A stretch of 64,000 bases of DNA from Nanobdellota archaeon (GTDB lineage: Archaea; Nanobdellota; Nanobdellia; Pacearchaeales; GW2011-AR1): NCBI GenBank assembly GCA_030688225.1, contig JAUYIO010000021.1, positions 12,080-76,079 on the forward strand, written 5' to 3'. Shown here one piece after another: positions 8,853 through 18,589 of the stretch (within the stretch, counting starts at the first letter, position 1; each line of letters begins with the position of its first letter). The position numbers were made by a program, and so were the translations under genes. A model generated the notes under the pieces. That model was given only the letters and a program-made list of their open reading frames with translations. It was not told the origin of the DNA and searched no databases.

Positions 8853-9757
8853 TTCTTCATGAACCATTCATAAGTTTTTTGCAAACCTTGTCCAAGAGTG
8901 AATTTTGGTTTCCAACCATAGTTTCTTATTTTATCTGAATTTAAAGAAGATCTCATTTGTTCTCCTTTTTTCCCTGGAACATATCTTTTTTCAAAATTTC
9001 CATTAAAGAAATTAACATTTATTGTATCAAACAGCTCATTCACGTTTGTTTCTATTCCTGTCCCAATATTATAAATTCCTGAGGGCAATTTTCTTAGAGC
9101 TAAAACATTTGCATCAACAACATCTTCAACAAAAACATAATCGCGTGTCTGTAATCCATTGCCGTTTATCGTCGGTGAACGATTGTTTAACATGGAGTCA
9201 AAGAAGATTGCAATAACACCTGCCTCTCCTTTTGCATTCTGCCGAGGACCATAAACATTTGCGTATCTCAAAGAGACAAAATCAATACCAGACTCCTGCA
9301 GAAATTTATCAACATTCAATTTATTAAATCCGTATGGAGATTTGGGATTTTCAAAATCCTGTTCTGATGCACAGAGTATTTTATCGTCGTAAATAGCCCC
9401 TCCACTTGAGGAAAAAATAAATTTGGATTTATGTTCTTTTGCTAAACTTATGAGATTTTTACTTCCTTCAACATTAACCTGATAATCATAACCAGGATTT
9501 GATACACTTTTTCTTACATCAATTTGTGCTGCCATATGAAAAACAGCTTTTGGTTTTTCTCTGTTAAAAATTTTTTTCATTTCTTCATTATTGCAGATGT
9601 TTTCATTATAAATCTTAAGTCTAGGATGATTTAAAGAAAGATTTTCAAGTGTCTCTGAAGAAAAATCAATAACAGCAACATTATGTCCTTCTTGAAGAAG
9701 CCTATTTGTTAAATTGCTTCCTATGAATCCTGCTCCACCTGTTACAATATAATTCAT
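8831..9757 (-). CDS. NAD-dependent epimerase/dehydratase (GalE-like)
   Basis: MNYIVTGGAGFIGSNL Rossmann motif, YxxxK region; 308 aa. Confidence 0.8.
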   Translation of the reverse strand: MNYIVTGGAGFIGSNLTNRLLQEGHNVAVIDFSSETLENLSLNHPRLKIYNENICNNEEMKKIFNREKPKAVFHMAAQIDVRKSVSNPGYDYQVNVEGSKNLISLAKEHKSKFIFSSSGGAIYDDKILCASEQDFENPKSPYGFNKLNVDKFLQESGIDFVSLRYANVYGPRQNAKGEAGVIAIFFDSMLNNRSPTINGNGLQTRDYVFVEDVVDANVLALRKLPSGIYNIGTGIETNVNELFDTINVNFFNGNFEKRYVPGKKGEQMRSSLNSDKIRNYGWKPKFTLGQGLQKTYEWFMKNQISPFK

Positions 9758-9808
9758 TGCGAGAGAAAATGTAAAATATTTATAAAGATTATTCCTCCAG
9801 AGAATATA

Positions 9809-10624
9809 ATGGAAATAAAGAATATCCTGGAATTTTCAATTTTGAATATAGATAAACCCTCTGGGCCTACGAGTTTTGATATTTCTAATTTTGTGAGAAA
9901 AAAACTTGGATTGAGAAAAACAAGTCATTTTGGAACTCTTGATCCAAAAGTTACAGGAGTTTTACCAATTGCTTTAAACAGGGCGTGCAAACTTACAGGA
10001 TTTTTTTTAGGAGAAGATAAGGAGTATGTTGGAATTATGAGACTTCATGAAGAAGTTTCCATGGAAGAAATTAAGAAAAAAATAAAAGAGAAATTTTTAG
10101 GAAAGATAAAACAAACTCCTCCTGTAAAATCTCGTGTAAAAAGAGAAGAGAGAGAAAGAGAGATTAAAAAATTTGAGATTCTTGAGAAAGAGGGGAAAGA
10201 TGTTTTATTTCGTGTTGAATGTCAGGGAGGGACTTATATTAGGAAGTTGATTGATGATTTAGGAAAAGAATTAGGAATTGGTGCACATATGCTTGAATTG
10301 AGGAGAATTCGTGCAGGAATTTTTAAAGAGACAGATAAGGAATTTTTAAATTTATATGAATTTGAAAAAATAGTTAATGATGAAAAAGATTTGAAAAAAT
10401 TCCTGATTCCTGCTGAAGAAGCATTGAAGAAAATATTTCCTGTTATACAAGTTAAGAAAGATTCTGTAAGTGGGTTGTTGACAGGGAAACCCATTTTCAA
10501 GAAAGATATCGTGGGAAAAATGAAAGATAAATTTATTGCATTCTACAAAGAAAGATTTATAGGAGTTTACAAAAGAACTGGCGAAGTTGCAAAGCCTGAG
10601 TTTGTTTATCAGGAGATAAGGTAA
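9809..10624 (+). CDS. cbf5: H/ACA RNP pseudouridine synthase Cbf5 (TruB family)
   Basis: DKPSGPTSFD, HFGTLDPKVTGVL catalytic Asp motif, GGTYIRKL, GAHMLELRRIRAG, C-terminal PUA-like region; contains K/E-rich insertion. Confidence 0.75.
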   Translation: MEIKNILEFSILNIDKPSGPTSFDISNFVRKKLGLRKTSHFGTLDPKVTGVLPIALNRACKLTGFFLGEDKEYVGIMRLHEEVSMEEIKKKIKEKFLGKIKQTPPVKSRVKREEREREIKKFEILEKEGKDVLFRVECQGGTYIRKLIDDLGKELGIGAHMLELRRIRAGIFKETDKEFLNLYEFEKIVNDEKDLKKFLIPAEEALKKIFPVIQVKKDSVSGLLTGKPIFKKDIVGKMKDKFIAFYKERFIGVYKRTGEVAKPEFVYQEIR

Positions 10625-10677
10625 ACAACATATTTCATAATTGAAAGATTTATATATGGGAAAAAGGCAGAATTTAT

Positions 10678-11034
10678 ATGAAAAACAATCAAATCAAAGC
10701 CATGGAAAGACTTAGTATAGACTCTGGAATGAGAACCCTAATTGGGAATATGTGGAAGCATGGTTATAGGACTTTGAATAGCTGTGAAGGAGAGAGTTCA
10801 GAAGCATATGTTATGTTTAATGGAGGAGATGGGTGGTTTGAGGAAAATGCTTCAAAGTACGGTTTAACAAAAGTTGAAAATAAAGCTTGTTGCCAAAGAG
10901 AATTTTTAGAAGAGGTTAAAAAACATAATTTAGACCCAAGTATGTTTGTTGATAGAAGAAAAACATGTGGTTGTGGCGCAGGTGTAAATGGAAATGTTGT
11001 ATACAGGGGCCAGTTAATGCAATTTTCTCAATAA
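10678..11034 (+). CDS. hypothetical Cys-containing protein
   Basis: 118 aa; CEGE...CC...CGCGAG cysteine pattern, no family recognised. Confidence 0.3.
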   Translation: MKNNQIKAMERLSIDSGMRTLIGNMWKHGYRTLNSCEGESSEAYVMFNGGDGWFEENASKYGLTKVENKACCQREFLEEVKKHNLDPSMFVDRRKTCGCGAGVNGNVVYRGQLMQFSQ

Positions 11035-11093
11035 TAAATCCTGTAGAAGTAAGATAAAGAAATATTTAATAATCTATGTCTTTTTCCTAGTGT

Positions 11094-11369
11094 ATGAAAA
11101 AAACAGTTAGACTTTATATTACCGGAGTTGTTCAGGGAATTTTTTTTAGAATGTTTGTCAAGGAAAATGCAGAGAAATATAATGTTAAAGGATTTGTTAG
11201 AAATTTAGATAATGGAAAAATTGAGGCTTTTTTAGAAGGTGATACAAACGATGTTGAGAAAATGATTGAACTTTGCAAAAAAGGGCCTAAACACAGCCAA
11301 ATAAAAAACGTTGAAATAAAAAATGAAAGATTTCAGGGATTGAAAACTTTCAAAATTTTGCATATATGA
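11094..11369 (+). CDS. acyP: acylphosphatase
   Basis: VRLYITGVVQGIFFRMF and GFVRNLDNGKIEAF are the two acylphosphatase signatures. Confidence 0.75.
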   Translation: MKKTVRLYITGVVQGIFFRMFVKENAEKYNVKGFVRNLDNGKIEAFLEGDTNDVEKMIELCKKGPKHSQIKNVEIKNERFQGLKTFKILHI

Positions 11370-11370
11370 A

Positions 11371-11865
11371 ATGACAAACTATTCTGTGATAATTAGAGGT
11401 CCTGCTGGAGTTGGTAAAACTACTCTTGGGAAAATGTTAGCTAAAAAAATTAAGGGATATTATATTTCTGTTGATAAAATATTGAAGAAACATAAACTTG
11501 ATTATGTTCAAGATGAGTCTTGCATTTCTGAAGAAAATTGCTTAAAAAGTAATGAATTGATTCTTCTGCAATTTTCTGAAGCAATTAAAAAAAATAATCA
11601 TTTGGTAATAGAAGGTTGTTTTTATCACAAAAGCCAATTAAAGCATTTGTTAAGCAAACTTCCAAATAAATCCTTAATTTTTACACTTAAAGCTGAACTT
11701 CCAGAATTAATAAAGAGAGATAAAACTCGCAAAGGAATTGGTATAGAGTCGATAAAAGCAGTTCATAAACTTTCTTCACAATTTGATTATGGGATAATAA
11801 TTGATACTAATAATAAAACTAAATCACAGATAATTAAAGAGATGGGTTCATTTTTACCACGATGA
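11371..11865 (+). CDS. P-loop nucleotide/nucleoside kinase-like protein
   Basis: Walker A GPAGVGKTT at N-terminus; 164 aa. Confidence 0.5.
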   Translation: MTNYSVIIRGPAGVGKTTLGKMLAKKIKGYYISVDKILKKHKLDYVQDESCISEENCLKSNELILLQFSEAIKKNNHLVIEGCFYHKSQLKHLLSKLPNKSLIFTLKAELPELIKRDKTRKGIGIESIKAVHKLSSQFDYGIIIDTNNKTKSQIIKEMGSFLPR

Positions 11866-12290
11866 TTTATACAAATTCAGATGGAGGTTCTCGTGGAAAT
11901 CCAGGGCCAGGGGCAGTTGGAATTTTAATAAGAGATGGTGAAAAAATTCTTGTGAAGCAAAGTAAATTCATCGGGAGATTTGTCACGAATAACATGGCAG
12001 AGTATGATGCTTTAATCATGGCTTTAAAACTTGCATCAAAACACACGAACAAAGAAATAACTTGTTGTCTTGATTCAGAATTGATTGTCAATCAGCTTTT
12101 AGGAAAATACAGAGTTAGAAATTCAAAATTGCTTCCTCTTTTTTTAGAAGTCCAAAAACTTCAGGAAAATTTTGAGAAAATTATTTATAAGTATGTAAGC
12201 CGAGAGGACAAATTCCAAATACTTGCAGATGAATTGGTTAATGATGAATTGGAAAGAGCTGGTTATCCAAAGTTTCCTGGAAAGAGATAG
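11862..12290 (+). CDS. rnhA: ribonuclease HI
   Basis: DGGSRGNPGPGAVG ... MAEYDAL ... catalytic DEDD-type RNase H1 pattern. Confidence 0.75.
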   Translation: MIYTNSDGGSRGNPGPGAVGILIRDGEKILVKQSKFIGRFVTNNMAEYDALIMALKLASKHTNKEITCCLDSELIVNQLLGKYRVRNSKLLPLFLEVQKLQENFEKIIYKYVSREDKFQILADELVNDELERAGYPKFPGKR

Positions 12291-12315
12291 ATTTTATAAA
12301 TTAAGAAATATTTAG

Positions 12316-13824
12316 TTGGTTATGGAAAAGTTTTTTTGGGCAGATAAAATTGCCGAAGATATAATTAAAGAAAGAGGTAAAAAGAAAGAATATGTTTGTG
12401 CTTCTGGTATTGGTGTTTCTGGAACTCTTCACATAGGGAATTTCAGAGATGCAATAACAACTGATTTAGTCGTAAGAGCATTGAAAGATGCCGGGAAAAA
12501 AACCATGTTTATTTATTCATGGGATGATTATGATAGATTCAGAAAGATTCCTGCAAATTTACCTGAAAACAAGAAAAAAGAATACGAGAAATATATTGGT
12601 ATGGCTGTAAGTGACATTCCTGCACCAACAGGAAAAGAAAGTTATTCAGAATATTTTGAAAAGCCTTTTGAAAAATCTTTGAAAAAAGTTGGAATAAATC
12701 CAAAGTTTATAAGTCAAAGCAAGATGAATAAGGCATGCAAATATGCTGAGCTGATAAAAAAAGCGTTAGATGACAATGAAGAGATAAAAAAAATTTTGAA
12801 CAGATATAGAAAAGAACCGCTTTCAAAAAATTGGTATCCTGTAACTGTTTATTGTGAAAAATGTAAGAAAGATTCTACACAAATAATAAACGTAGAAGGA
12901 TATTTTATTGAGTATATTTGTGAGTGTGGATTTACAAACAAAATAGATTTCAGAAAAAAAGGTATTGTAAAATTAAAATGGAGAATAGACTGGCCTGCAA
13001 GATGGTTTTATGAAAAAGTTGATTTTGAACCAGGAGGAGCAGACATAAATGCTGCAGGAGGTTCTTATGTAACTGGAAAAGAAATATCAAAAAAGATTTA
13101 TGATTACGAACCTCCAAAAACAACTTTTTATGAATTTGTAACTATCAAAGGAGCAGGAGGAAAAATCTCTGGCTCTAAAGGGAACGTTTTGACTATTGAC
13201 GATGTTGAGGAGATTTATGAGCCTGAAATTTTGAGATATTTATTTGTTGGAACAAGGCCGAGCAAAAGTTTTGACATAAGTTTTGACAACGATGTTATAA
13301 AAATTTATGAAGACTATGATGCGCTTGAAGAAAAATATTATTCTAAAAAAGCAAATATGCAGGAGAAAAGAATTTATGAGATGTGTCAGTTAAATAAATT
13401 AAAAAAGAAAAGGCCTGAGAAAAAAAGTTTCAGACATCTTATTACTTTTGTACAAGTTGGGAAAACAAAGGATTTCAGCAAAGAAGACAAATTCAGAGCA
13501 GAGAAAGTTAAAAACTGGCTTGAAAAATATGCTGGAGATGACATGAAGTTCAAAGTGCAAGAGAGAATTTCAATTAAATTAAATGAAAAGGAAAAAAACT
13601 CTTTAATAGAATTGAGAGAGATTTTAAAACAAAAGAGTCTGACAGAAGAGCAATTATTTAATGAGTTTTATGAAATTTGCAAAAATGTTGGAATAAATAA
13701 CAAGGAATTTTTTGATGCTGCATATCGCGTGATAATTAACAAGAAGAAAGGGCCAAGACTTGCAAGTTTGATTCTTGCTATTGGAAAAGAAAAAATTATT
13801 AAATTATTAAATCAGATAAAATAA
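12316..13824 (+). CDS. lysK: lysyl-tRNA synthetase, class I (archaeal type)
   Basis: SGTLHIGNFRD (HIGH), zinc-finger-like CEKCKK...CECG, KISGSKGN (KMSKS-like); 502 aa. Confidence 0.85.
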   Translation: MVMEKFFWADKIAEDIIKERGKKKEYVCASGIGVSGTLHIGNFRDAITTDLVVRALKDAGKKTMFIYSWDDYDRFRKIPANLPENKKKEYEKYIGMAVSDIPAPTGKESYSEYFEKPFEKSLKKVGINPKFISQSKMNKACKYAELIKKALDDNEEIKKILNRYRKEPLSKNWYPVTVYCEKCKKDSTQIINVEGYFIEYICECGFTNKIDFRKKGIVKLKWRIDWPARWFYEKVDFEPGGADINAAGGSYVTGKEISKKIYDYEPPKTTFYEFVTIKGAGGKISGSKGNVLTIDDVEEIYEPEILRYLFVGTRPSKSFDISFDNDVIKIYEDYDALEEKYYSKKANMQEKRIYEMCQLNKLKKKRPEKKSFRHLITFVQVGKTKDFSKEDKFRAEKVKNWLEKYAGDDMKFKVQERISIKLNEKEKNSLIELREILKQKSLTEEQLFNEFYEICKNVGINNKEFFDAAYRVIINKKKGPRLASLILAIGKEKIIKLLNQIK

Positions 13825-13825
13825 A

Positions 13826-14014
13826 ATGGTACTTATAGTAAAATCAAATATAAAAAAAGTTGTGAAGGAAATTCAAGGAAAAAACGAAGAGATTAGTTCT
13901 GTTTCAGAAGAAGTTGGAACTGAATTAGAAAAAAAAGTTGAAGATATTTTAAGACAGGGAATTGAAAGAGCTAAAAAGAATCAGAGAAGAACTTTACAGG
14001 CGAGGGATTTGTGA
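13826..14014 (+). CDS. histone-fold protein, C-terminally short
   Basis: EISSVSEEVGTELEKKVEDILRQGIERAKKNQRRTLQARDL parallels archaeal histone RVSxDA...AxHAGRKTIxAEDI; ORF stops right after ARDL. Confidence 0.4.
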   Translation: MVLIVKSNIKKVVKEIQGKNEEISSVSEEVGTELEKKVEDILRQGIERAKKNQRRTLQARDL

Positions 14015-14058
14015 AATCATTAGAAAAATTTAAATAGCTAATAAATTAGCAACTTACA

Positions 14059-14280
14059 ATGGTAAATGAAGATTATGTCGCACTTTATAGAATTGGTAGT
14101 TGCAACCCTTTAGGTGTAGTTAGAAATAGTATTGTGGATTCCCTATTGAGTGATTTGGAAGCACATACAAATCAACATTACTGGACTAAACCAATTACAT
14201 CTGAACAAGCAAAACAAGTAAAAGAAGAAATTACGAGAGGTTCAGTAGAGGTAGAAAACCTTTTTGCAAGAAAAGCCTGA
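14059..14280 (+). CDS. hypothetical protein
   Basis: 73 aa ORF. Confidence 0.25.
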   Translation: MVNEDYVALYRIGSCNPLGVVRNSIVDSLLSDLEAHTNQHYWTKPITSEQAKQVKEEITRGSVEVENLFARKA

Positions 14281-14324
14281 TAATTCTCAAGAAAATATAA
14301 ATACCTCCTACTCTTTCTCCTCTT

Positions 14325-14867
14325 ATGAAAAATCCTAACAAAGAAAAAATTCTTGAGATGATTAAAAAAGCAGGAAACGAGGAATATGAAACTTCATGGG
14401 ATGAGAGAGGAATTCCTGTTTCAAAGAAAAAATCAGAAATTCAAAAGGGAAAAAAATCCCGTTCAGCAGGAGCGAATTTTGAACTTCGCGTCAGAAAAGA
14501 TTTGGAAGACAAAGGGAGAATTGTTGATAAATGGACAAATAATATTGATTTTGAGAAAAATAAAATTGTTCCTGCAAAAAGAAAATATAATCCATTTAAA
14601 AAAATGCTCGTTGTCGGTACAGGTTTTCCTGATTTTGTCTCAATAAAACATATTCACGATGAAGTTTATAGTGTGATAGGAGTTGAAGTTAAAACAAATG
14701 GGACTCTGTCAAAAGAAGAAAAACAAAAATGCGCATGGTATCTGAAAAATAAAATTTTCTCTGAAATCTGGGTTGCAAAAAAAGGGCAGAAAAAAGGGCA
14801 GATTGAATATGATAATTTCTCAGAAAAATATGGGAAAAAGTATATGGGACAGAATAATAATACTTAA
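14325..14867 (+). CDS. Hjc-like Holliday junction resolvase / PD-(D/E)xK nuclease with N-terminal extension
   Basis: SRSAGANFELRVRKDLEDKG, GFPDFVSIKH, GVEVKT follow the Hjc G..ERE...G / PD...EVK pattern. Confidence 0.45.
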   Translation: MKNPNKEKILEMIKKAGNEEYETSWDERGIPVSKKKSEIQKGKKSRSAGANFELRVRKDLEDKGRIVDKWTNNIDFEKNKIVPAKRKYNPFKKMLVVGTGFPDFVSIKHIHDEVYSVIGVEVKTNGTLSKEEKQKCAWYLKNKIFSEIWVAKKGQKKGQIEYDNFSEKYGKKYMGQNNNT

Positions 14868-14891
14868 AATTGATTTCCTCCATTAATCTTT

Positions 14892-15413
14892 ATGAGAAAA
14901 TTAATATTAGGAATTTTATTTATTTTATTACTCCAAAATATCTCTGCAACCTGTGAAGACAACCAAGTTGATATAAATGCTGCTTCTTCAACAGAACTTG
15001 ACAAAATAATTTGGGTTGGTCCTTCTACTGCGGAAAAAATAATCTCTGCCAGGCCTTTTGAAAGTGTGGATGATTTAACAAAAGTGAGTGGGATTGGAGA
15101 AGTGAAAATATTGGACATAAAAGAACAAGGAATTGCCTGTGTTGGAAGTGAAACTCAAGAGGAGGAAAAAGAAAAGATAAATCTAAAAGATGTTGAGATT
15201 TATGCTGAAAAAAATTATTCAGAACAAGATAATTCTCCTCCAGAAGTAATCAACCTAAATCCAAAAACTATAAAAACAGAAAACAACACCGAGAGTTCTG
15301 ATAAAAACAAATATGCTCTTAGAGGTTTTGCATTTTTTTGTGTTTTGCTCGTGTTTTTGTTTGTTTTTAAAATAAGAAGAGACAAAGTCAATAAAAATGA
15401 ATTCAGAGATTGA
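14892..15413 (+). CDS. ComEA-like helix-hairpin-helix DNA-binding protein, secreted and C-terminally membrane-anchored
   Basis: Signal peptide; VDINAASSTELDKIIWVGPSTAEKIISARPFESVDDLTKVSGIG matches ComEA HhH; C-terminal FAFFCVLLVFLFVFKIRRDK TM plus basic tail. Confidence 0.6.
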   Translation: MRKLILGILFILLLQNISATCEDNQVDINAASSTELDKIIWVGPSTAEKIISARPFESVDDLTKVSGIGEVKILDIKEQGIACVGSETQEEEKEKINLKDVEIYAEKNYSEQDNSPPEVINLNPKTIKTENNTESSDKNKYALRGFAFFCVLLVFLFVFKIRRDKVNKNEFRD

Positions 15414-15879
15414 AGAAACAAAAGGCATAAAGGCCATGATGATTCTGGAAATAGTTGGAAAACCTCCAGAGCATCTTGTGGAAACTCTTGAGAATTTAAT
15501 CAAGAATATAGATGAAGAAAAAGGTGTTTCTGTCAGGGAGAAAAAAATAAAAGAACCTGTTATTATAAAAAATAAGAAGACAGGAGAAGAGAACAAAGAT
15601 GGATTTTACACTACTTTTGCAGAAATTGAGGTTGAAGTTGAAGAGATTACATATTTGGCAATGTTGATGTTCAAATACATGCCTGCACATATTGAGGTTA
15701 TTGAACCTGAGTTGATAATTCTCTCAAATACTGGATGGGGAGATATTTTAAGTGAGCTTACAAGAAGACTTCATGGGTATGATGAAGTTGCAAGAATTGT
15801 TCAAGCTGAAAAGGCAATACTTGAAGAAAAATTAAGAGAAGTTTTATCTGGAAAGAAAAAAGAAGAGAAAGAAGAATAA
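15397..15879 (+). CDS. hypothetical acidic protein
   Basis: 160 aa ORF, K/E-rich. Confidence 0.3.
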   Translation: MNSEIEETKGIKAMMILEIVGKPPEHLVETLENLIKNIDEEKGVSVREKKIKEPVIIKNKKTGEENKDGFYTTFAEIEVEVEEITYLAMLMFKYMPAHIEVIEPELIILSNTGWGDILSELTRRLHGYDEVARIVQAEKAILEEKLREVLSGKKKEEKEE

Positions 15880-15881
15880 TC

Positions 15882-16802
15882 TTATTTCTTTTTCCCAAAT
15901 AAATTAACTTCAGATTTTACAGAGTAATATTTATTTCTTACAAACCAGATTATTAAGATTATTATTACAAGAAGACTCCATCCTAAAATTTTCCAAGTGG
16001 AATTTTTAGGTATTTCTTTACAAATTCCTGAACAACAAAGATTGTCTTTCCCATAAGAAGATTCTCCATCACAAATCTCCAAATTCTGGACACAAACTGA
16101 TTTATTCATCTCTGCACAAGTTTGTTTTGTTGAAACAGAAATTATCTTTTCAGACTTAGACGTGTTTATTATTTCTTCTGATTTATTCCCAGAGATATTT
16201 TGAGGGGTTGTGTTTTCTTCTTCTATTTCCTGCTCTTTTACAAAAACATAAACAGGAATTTTATATTCAAGATTTTCTGTTTTCATTTCTAATATTTGCA
16301 GTGAAGTTTGTTTTATATCCCCAATGCCAAAAGTTATCTGTCTCATTTCATTTGATTCAAAAAAAAAGGAACTTGATTTACTGCTGAAATTTGTATTTAT
16401 CAAGGTTTTTGAATTTTTGAGGTTTGTAATGTCTATTGAAAAATCCTTATCAGTTATTATAAATCCTTTATTAATTGAAAAGTCTGCTGTCTCTGAATCT
16501 ATTGTAAAATTCTTTGAATCTTCATTGATATTTATAGAATAATCATCAGGAATTTTCTCGTCTAGAGAGGCGTAAATATAATAATCATCATTTATTCTTA
16601 CAATTTTTGGAATTATTGAAGTTTGCATGTGACGCCTGAAGAAGATTACATCTTGCTCTGTTAAAGGCTGAGCAAAATCTCCTGAAACTTTTGCAATAAA
16701 ACTTTCCCCTTGACTAAAATTTGTTTTCATATCAAATTCAACAGCTGAAATAAACTGAAGTGAAAACAAAATTAATACGAATAAAATCACCACCTTTCTC
16801 AT
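15882..16802 (-). CDS. surface protein with signal peptide, 6-Cys module and C-terminal TM anchor
   Basis: N-terminal hydrophobic signal; CAEMNKSVCVQNLEICDGESSYGKDNLCCSGIC module; C-terminal LGWSLLVIIILIIWFVRNKYY. Confidence 0.45.
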   Translation of the reverse strand: MRKVVILFVLILFSLQFISAVEFDMKTNFSQGESFIAKVSGDFAQPLTEQDVIFFRRHMQTSIIPKIVRINDDYYIYASLDEKIPDDYSININEDSKNFTIDSETADFSINKGFIITDKDFSIDITNLKNSKTLINTNFSSKSSSFFFESNEMRQITFGIGDIKQTSLQILEMKTENLEYKIPVYVFVKEQEIEEENTTPQNISGNKSEEIINTSKSEKIISVSTKQTCAEMNKSVCVQNLEICDGESSYGKDNLCCSGICKEIPKNSTWKILGWSLLVIIILIIWFVRNKYYSVKSEVNLFGKKK

Positions 16803-16834
16803 TAATATAAAAAAGAAAAGGACTTAATAAATTT

Positions 16835-18553
16835 TTATTTTCCAATCTCTTTCAATTTTTTTAAAACCTCGTCAAGTTCTTCTTTTCTTTTTGGTTGAGC
16901 CTGAGGTTTTCTTGCAGGAGATCTTTGTTGAGGAGTTGGCAAAATTCTTCTTCTAATAATTCCTCTTGGTATTTGCGAATGTTGGGGTGAAGAAGGGAAT
17001 TCGCTTGGAGGAGCTTTCTTGAACTTAGAACTTAATCTGAACCAGAATTCTTTAAATTTATTCCTGAAAATTATTCCTAATGTTGTTAAGACAATTAAAA
17101 TTAACAAAACCCAGATGTACCAATAACTCGATCCTCCCTGTGGAACACAACAGAAATCAGTGGAATAGTCACATTGGAAGTTTTTTATTTCTTCATTATC
17201 TCCGCATGAAATCTTACAAGCCCCTCCATTTATTGCGCATTCTGTTTTTGGTTGCTCTGAAGGAGTTGTGCATGAACCAAGACAACAATTAGGAGTGTCA
17301 TCTGCAGAAACAATTTTTCCGTTACATACTTCATTTGATGTGCAAATGTCTCCATTTTGTGCAGAACATGTTGGAAGAACTAAAGGAACACTACAACATT
17401 TCAAAGTTCCTGTACAAGTCCCGGTTATAATATTTCCTTCACAATCTGCAGAAGGAAGACAATAACCTCCAGACGATAAACAATCTGTTCCGTTCAAAGG
17501 TTTTAATGGCCAAACAGAATATAAAATAAATCCTGTATTTCTTATATTATCCCAACAACCATCTGTTTTTTGATTATCAATTAGCCAGTTCATTGCATTT
17601 GTTTTTGCTTCAGAAGTTTCTGGTTGCAGAGGATATAATGCTAAAGCAGTATCATATAATTTGTCTCCTGAAGAATCCCAGTATTTATTTTCTCTCTGAA
17701 GAGAAAGCAAATCTTCATAATAAGTATTTCCTGCCAACAAATACAAAAATGACTCAGGAAGGTATCTTTCATTTTTATTTGCAGAAATTATTAAGTATGG
17801 GATGTATGAAGAAGCATCAGTATTTGCTTGAGTCAGAGATAATGCTCCCCATAAAGTTCCTTCGTAATCGCAGGAATCTGTTGTTGAGAAACAATTTGAT
17901 TTTACTTTTTCAGTTATAGAAGATGATGCAGAACCAGAATTTATCTTGTCAGAAATGAAATAAGTTGGGGAATTGATGTCCTTAAAAATCATGTTCGTCT
18001 TGAATGATTTATCACAAGAAATTTTAAACTCTTTATCATAACATGTTGAGGGAACTCTCAGCCAATAATCGTCTTTATCCAAACGCAAGCATTCTCCTGC
18101 AGAAGAATCTATTTTTTTATCTTCTCCAAGATTTACTGAATAAGAAGAAGAGTCGTAAGAGATTGTGCAAGAAGTTGCTTCATTGCTGTCAATTTGCAAA
18201 TACCATAAAACATCTGTAGAAATTTTTGTCTGGGACAATAGCCATGATTGTGCTTTTTCTGTTGAAGTTCCAACACTATTTAGAGCCAATATTGACTGAG
18301 CTGTTTGTTTTATCGTGCATCCTGATTTGGGCCAGCATTCTGCATTATTTTGTGAGTCTGTTAAAAGTTCTCCCTCACATTTTTGAACTCCTAGCAAAGA
18401 AAAAATTTTTTCCTCTGTTGTCAAACTTGAACAAGTATTTTTTGCTACCTGATTTTCAAGACATTGGACAGCCTTTTCAACTTCTGCCTGCTGTGAAGAA
18501 ACTATAGGGAAAATTAGCAAAATTAAAACTAAAAATATTATTCCTCTTCTCAT
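16835..18553 (-). CDS. large surface protein with alpha/alpha-toroid (prenyltransferase/terpene-cyclase-like) repeats, three 6-Cys modules, TM and basic cytoplasmic tail
   Basis: Signal peptide; repeats of the QxxDGxW kind (DNQKTDGCWDN, LWGALSL, ALALYPL); three tandem C-x5-7-C...CC...C modules before TM WYIWVLLILIVLTTLGIIF. Confidence 0.45.
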   Translation of the reverse strand: MRRGIIFLVLILLIFPIVSSQQAEVEKAVQCLENQVAKNTCSSLTTEEKIFSLLGVQKCEGELLTDSQNNAECWPKSGCTIKQTAQSILALNSVGTSTEKAQSWLLSQTKISTDVLWYLQIDSNEATSCTISYDSSSYSVNLGEDKKIDSSAGECLRLDKDDYWLRVPSTCYDKEFKISCDKSFKTNMIFKDINSPTYFISDKINSGSASSSITEKVKSNCFSTTDSCDYEGTLWGALSLTQANTDASSYIPYLIISANKNERYLPESFLYLLAGNTYYEDLLSLQRENKYWDSSGDKLYDTALALYPLQPETSEAKTNAMNWLIDNQKTDGCWDNIRNTGFILYSVWPLKPLNGTDCLSSGGYCLPSADCEGNIITGTCTGTLKCCSVPLVLPTCSAQNGDICTSNEVCNGKIVSADDTPNCCLGSCTTPSEQPKTECAINGGACKISCGDNEEIKNFQCDYSTDFCCVPQGGSSYWYIWVLLILIVLTTLGIIFRNKFKEFWFRLSSKFKKAPPSEFPSSPQHSQIPRGIIRRRILPTPQQRSPARKPQAQPKRKEELDEVLKKLKEIGK

Positions 18554-18589
18554 AAGAAGAATAAGGAAGAATTGTTTTTAAAATTATCT

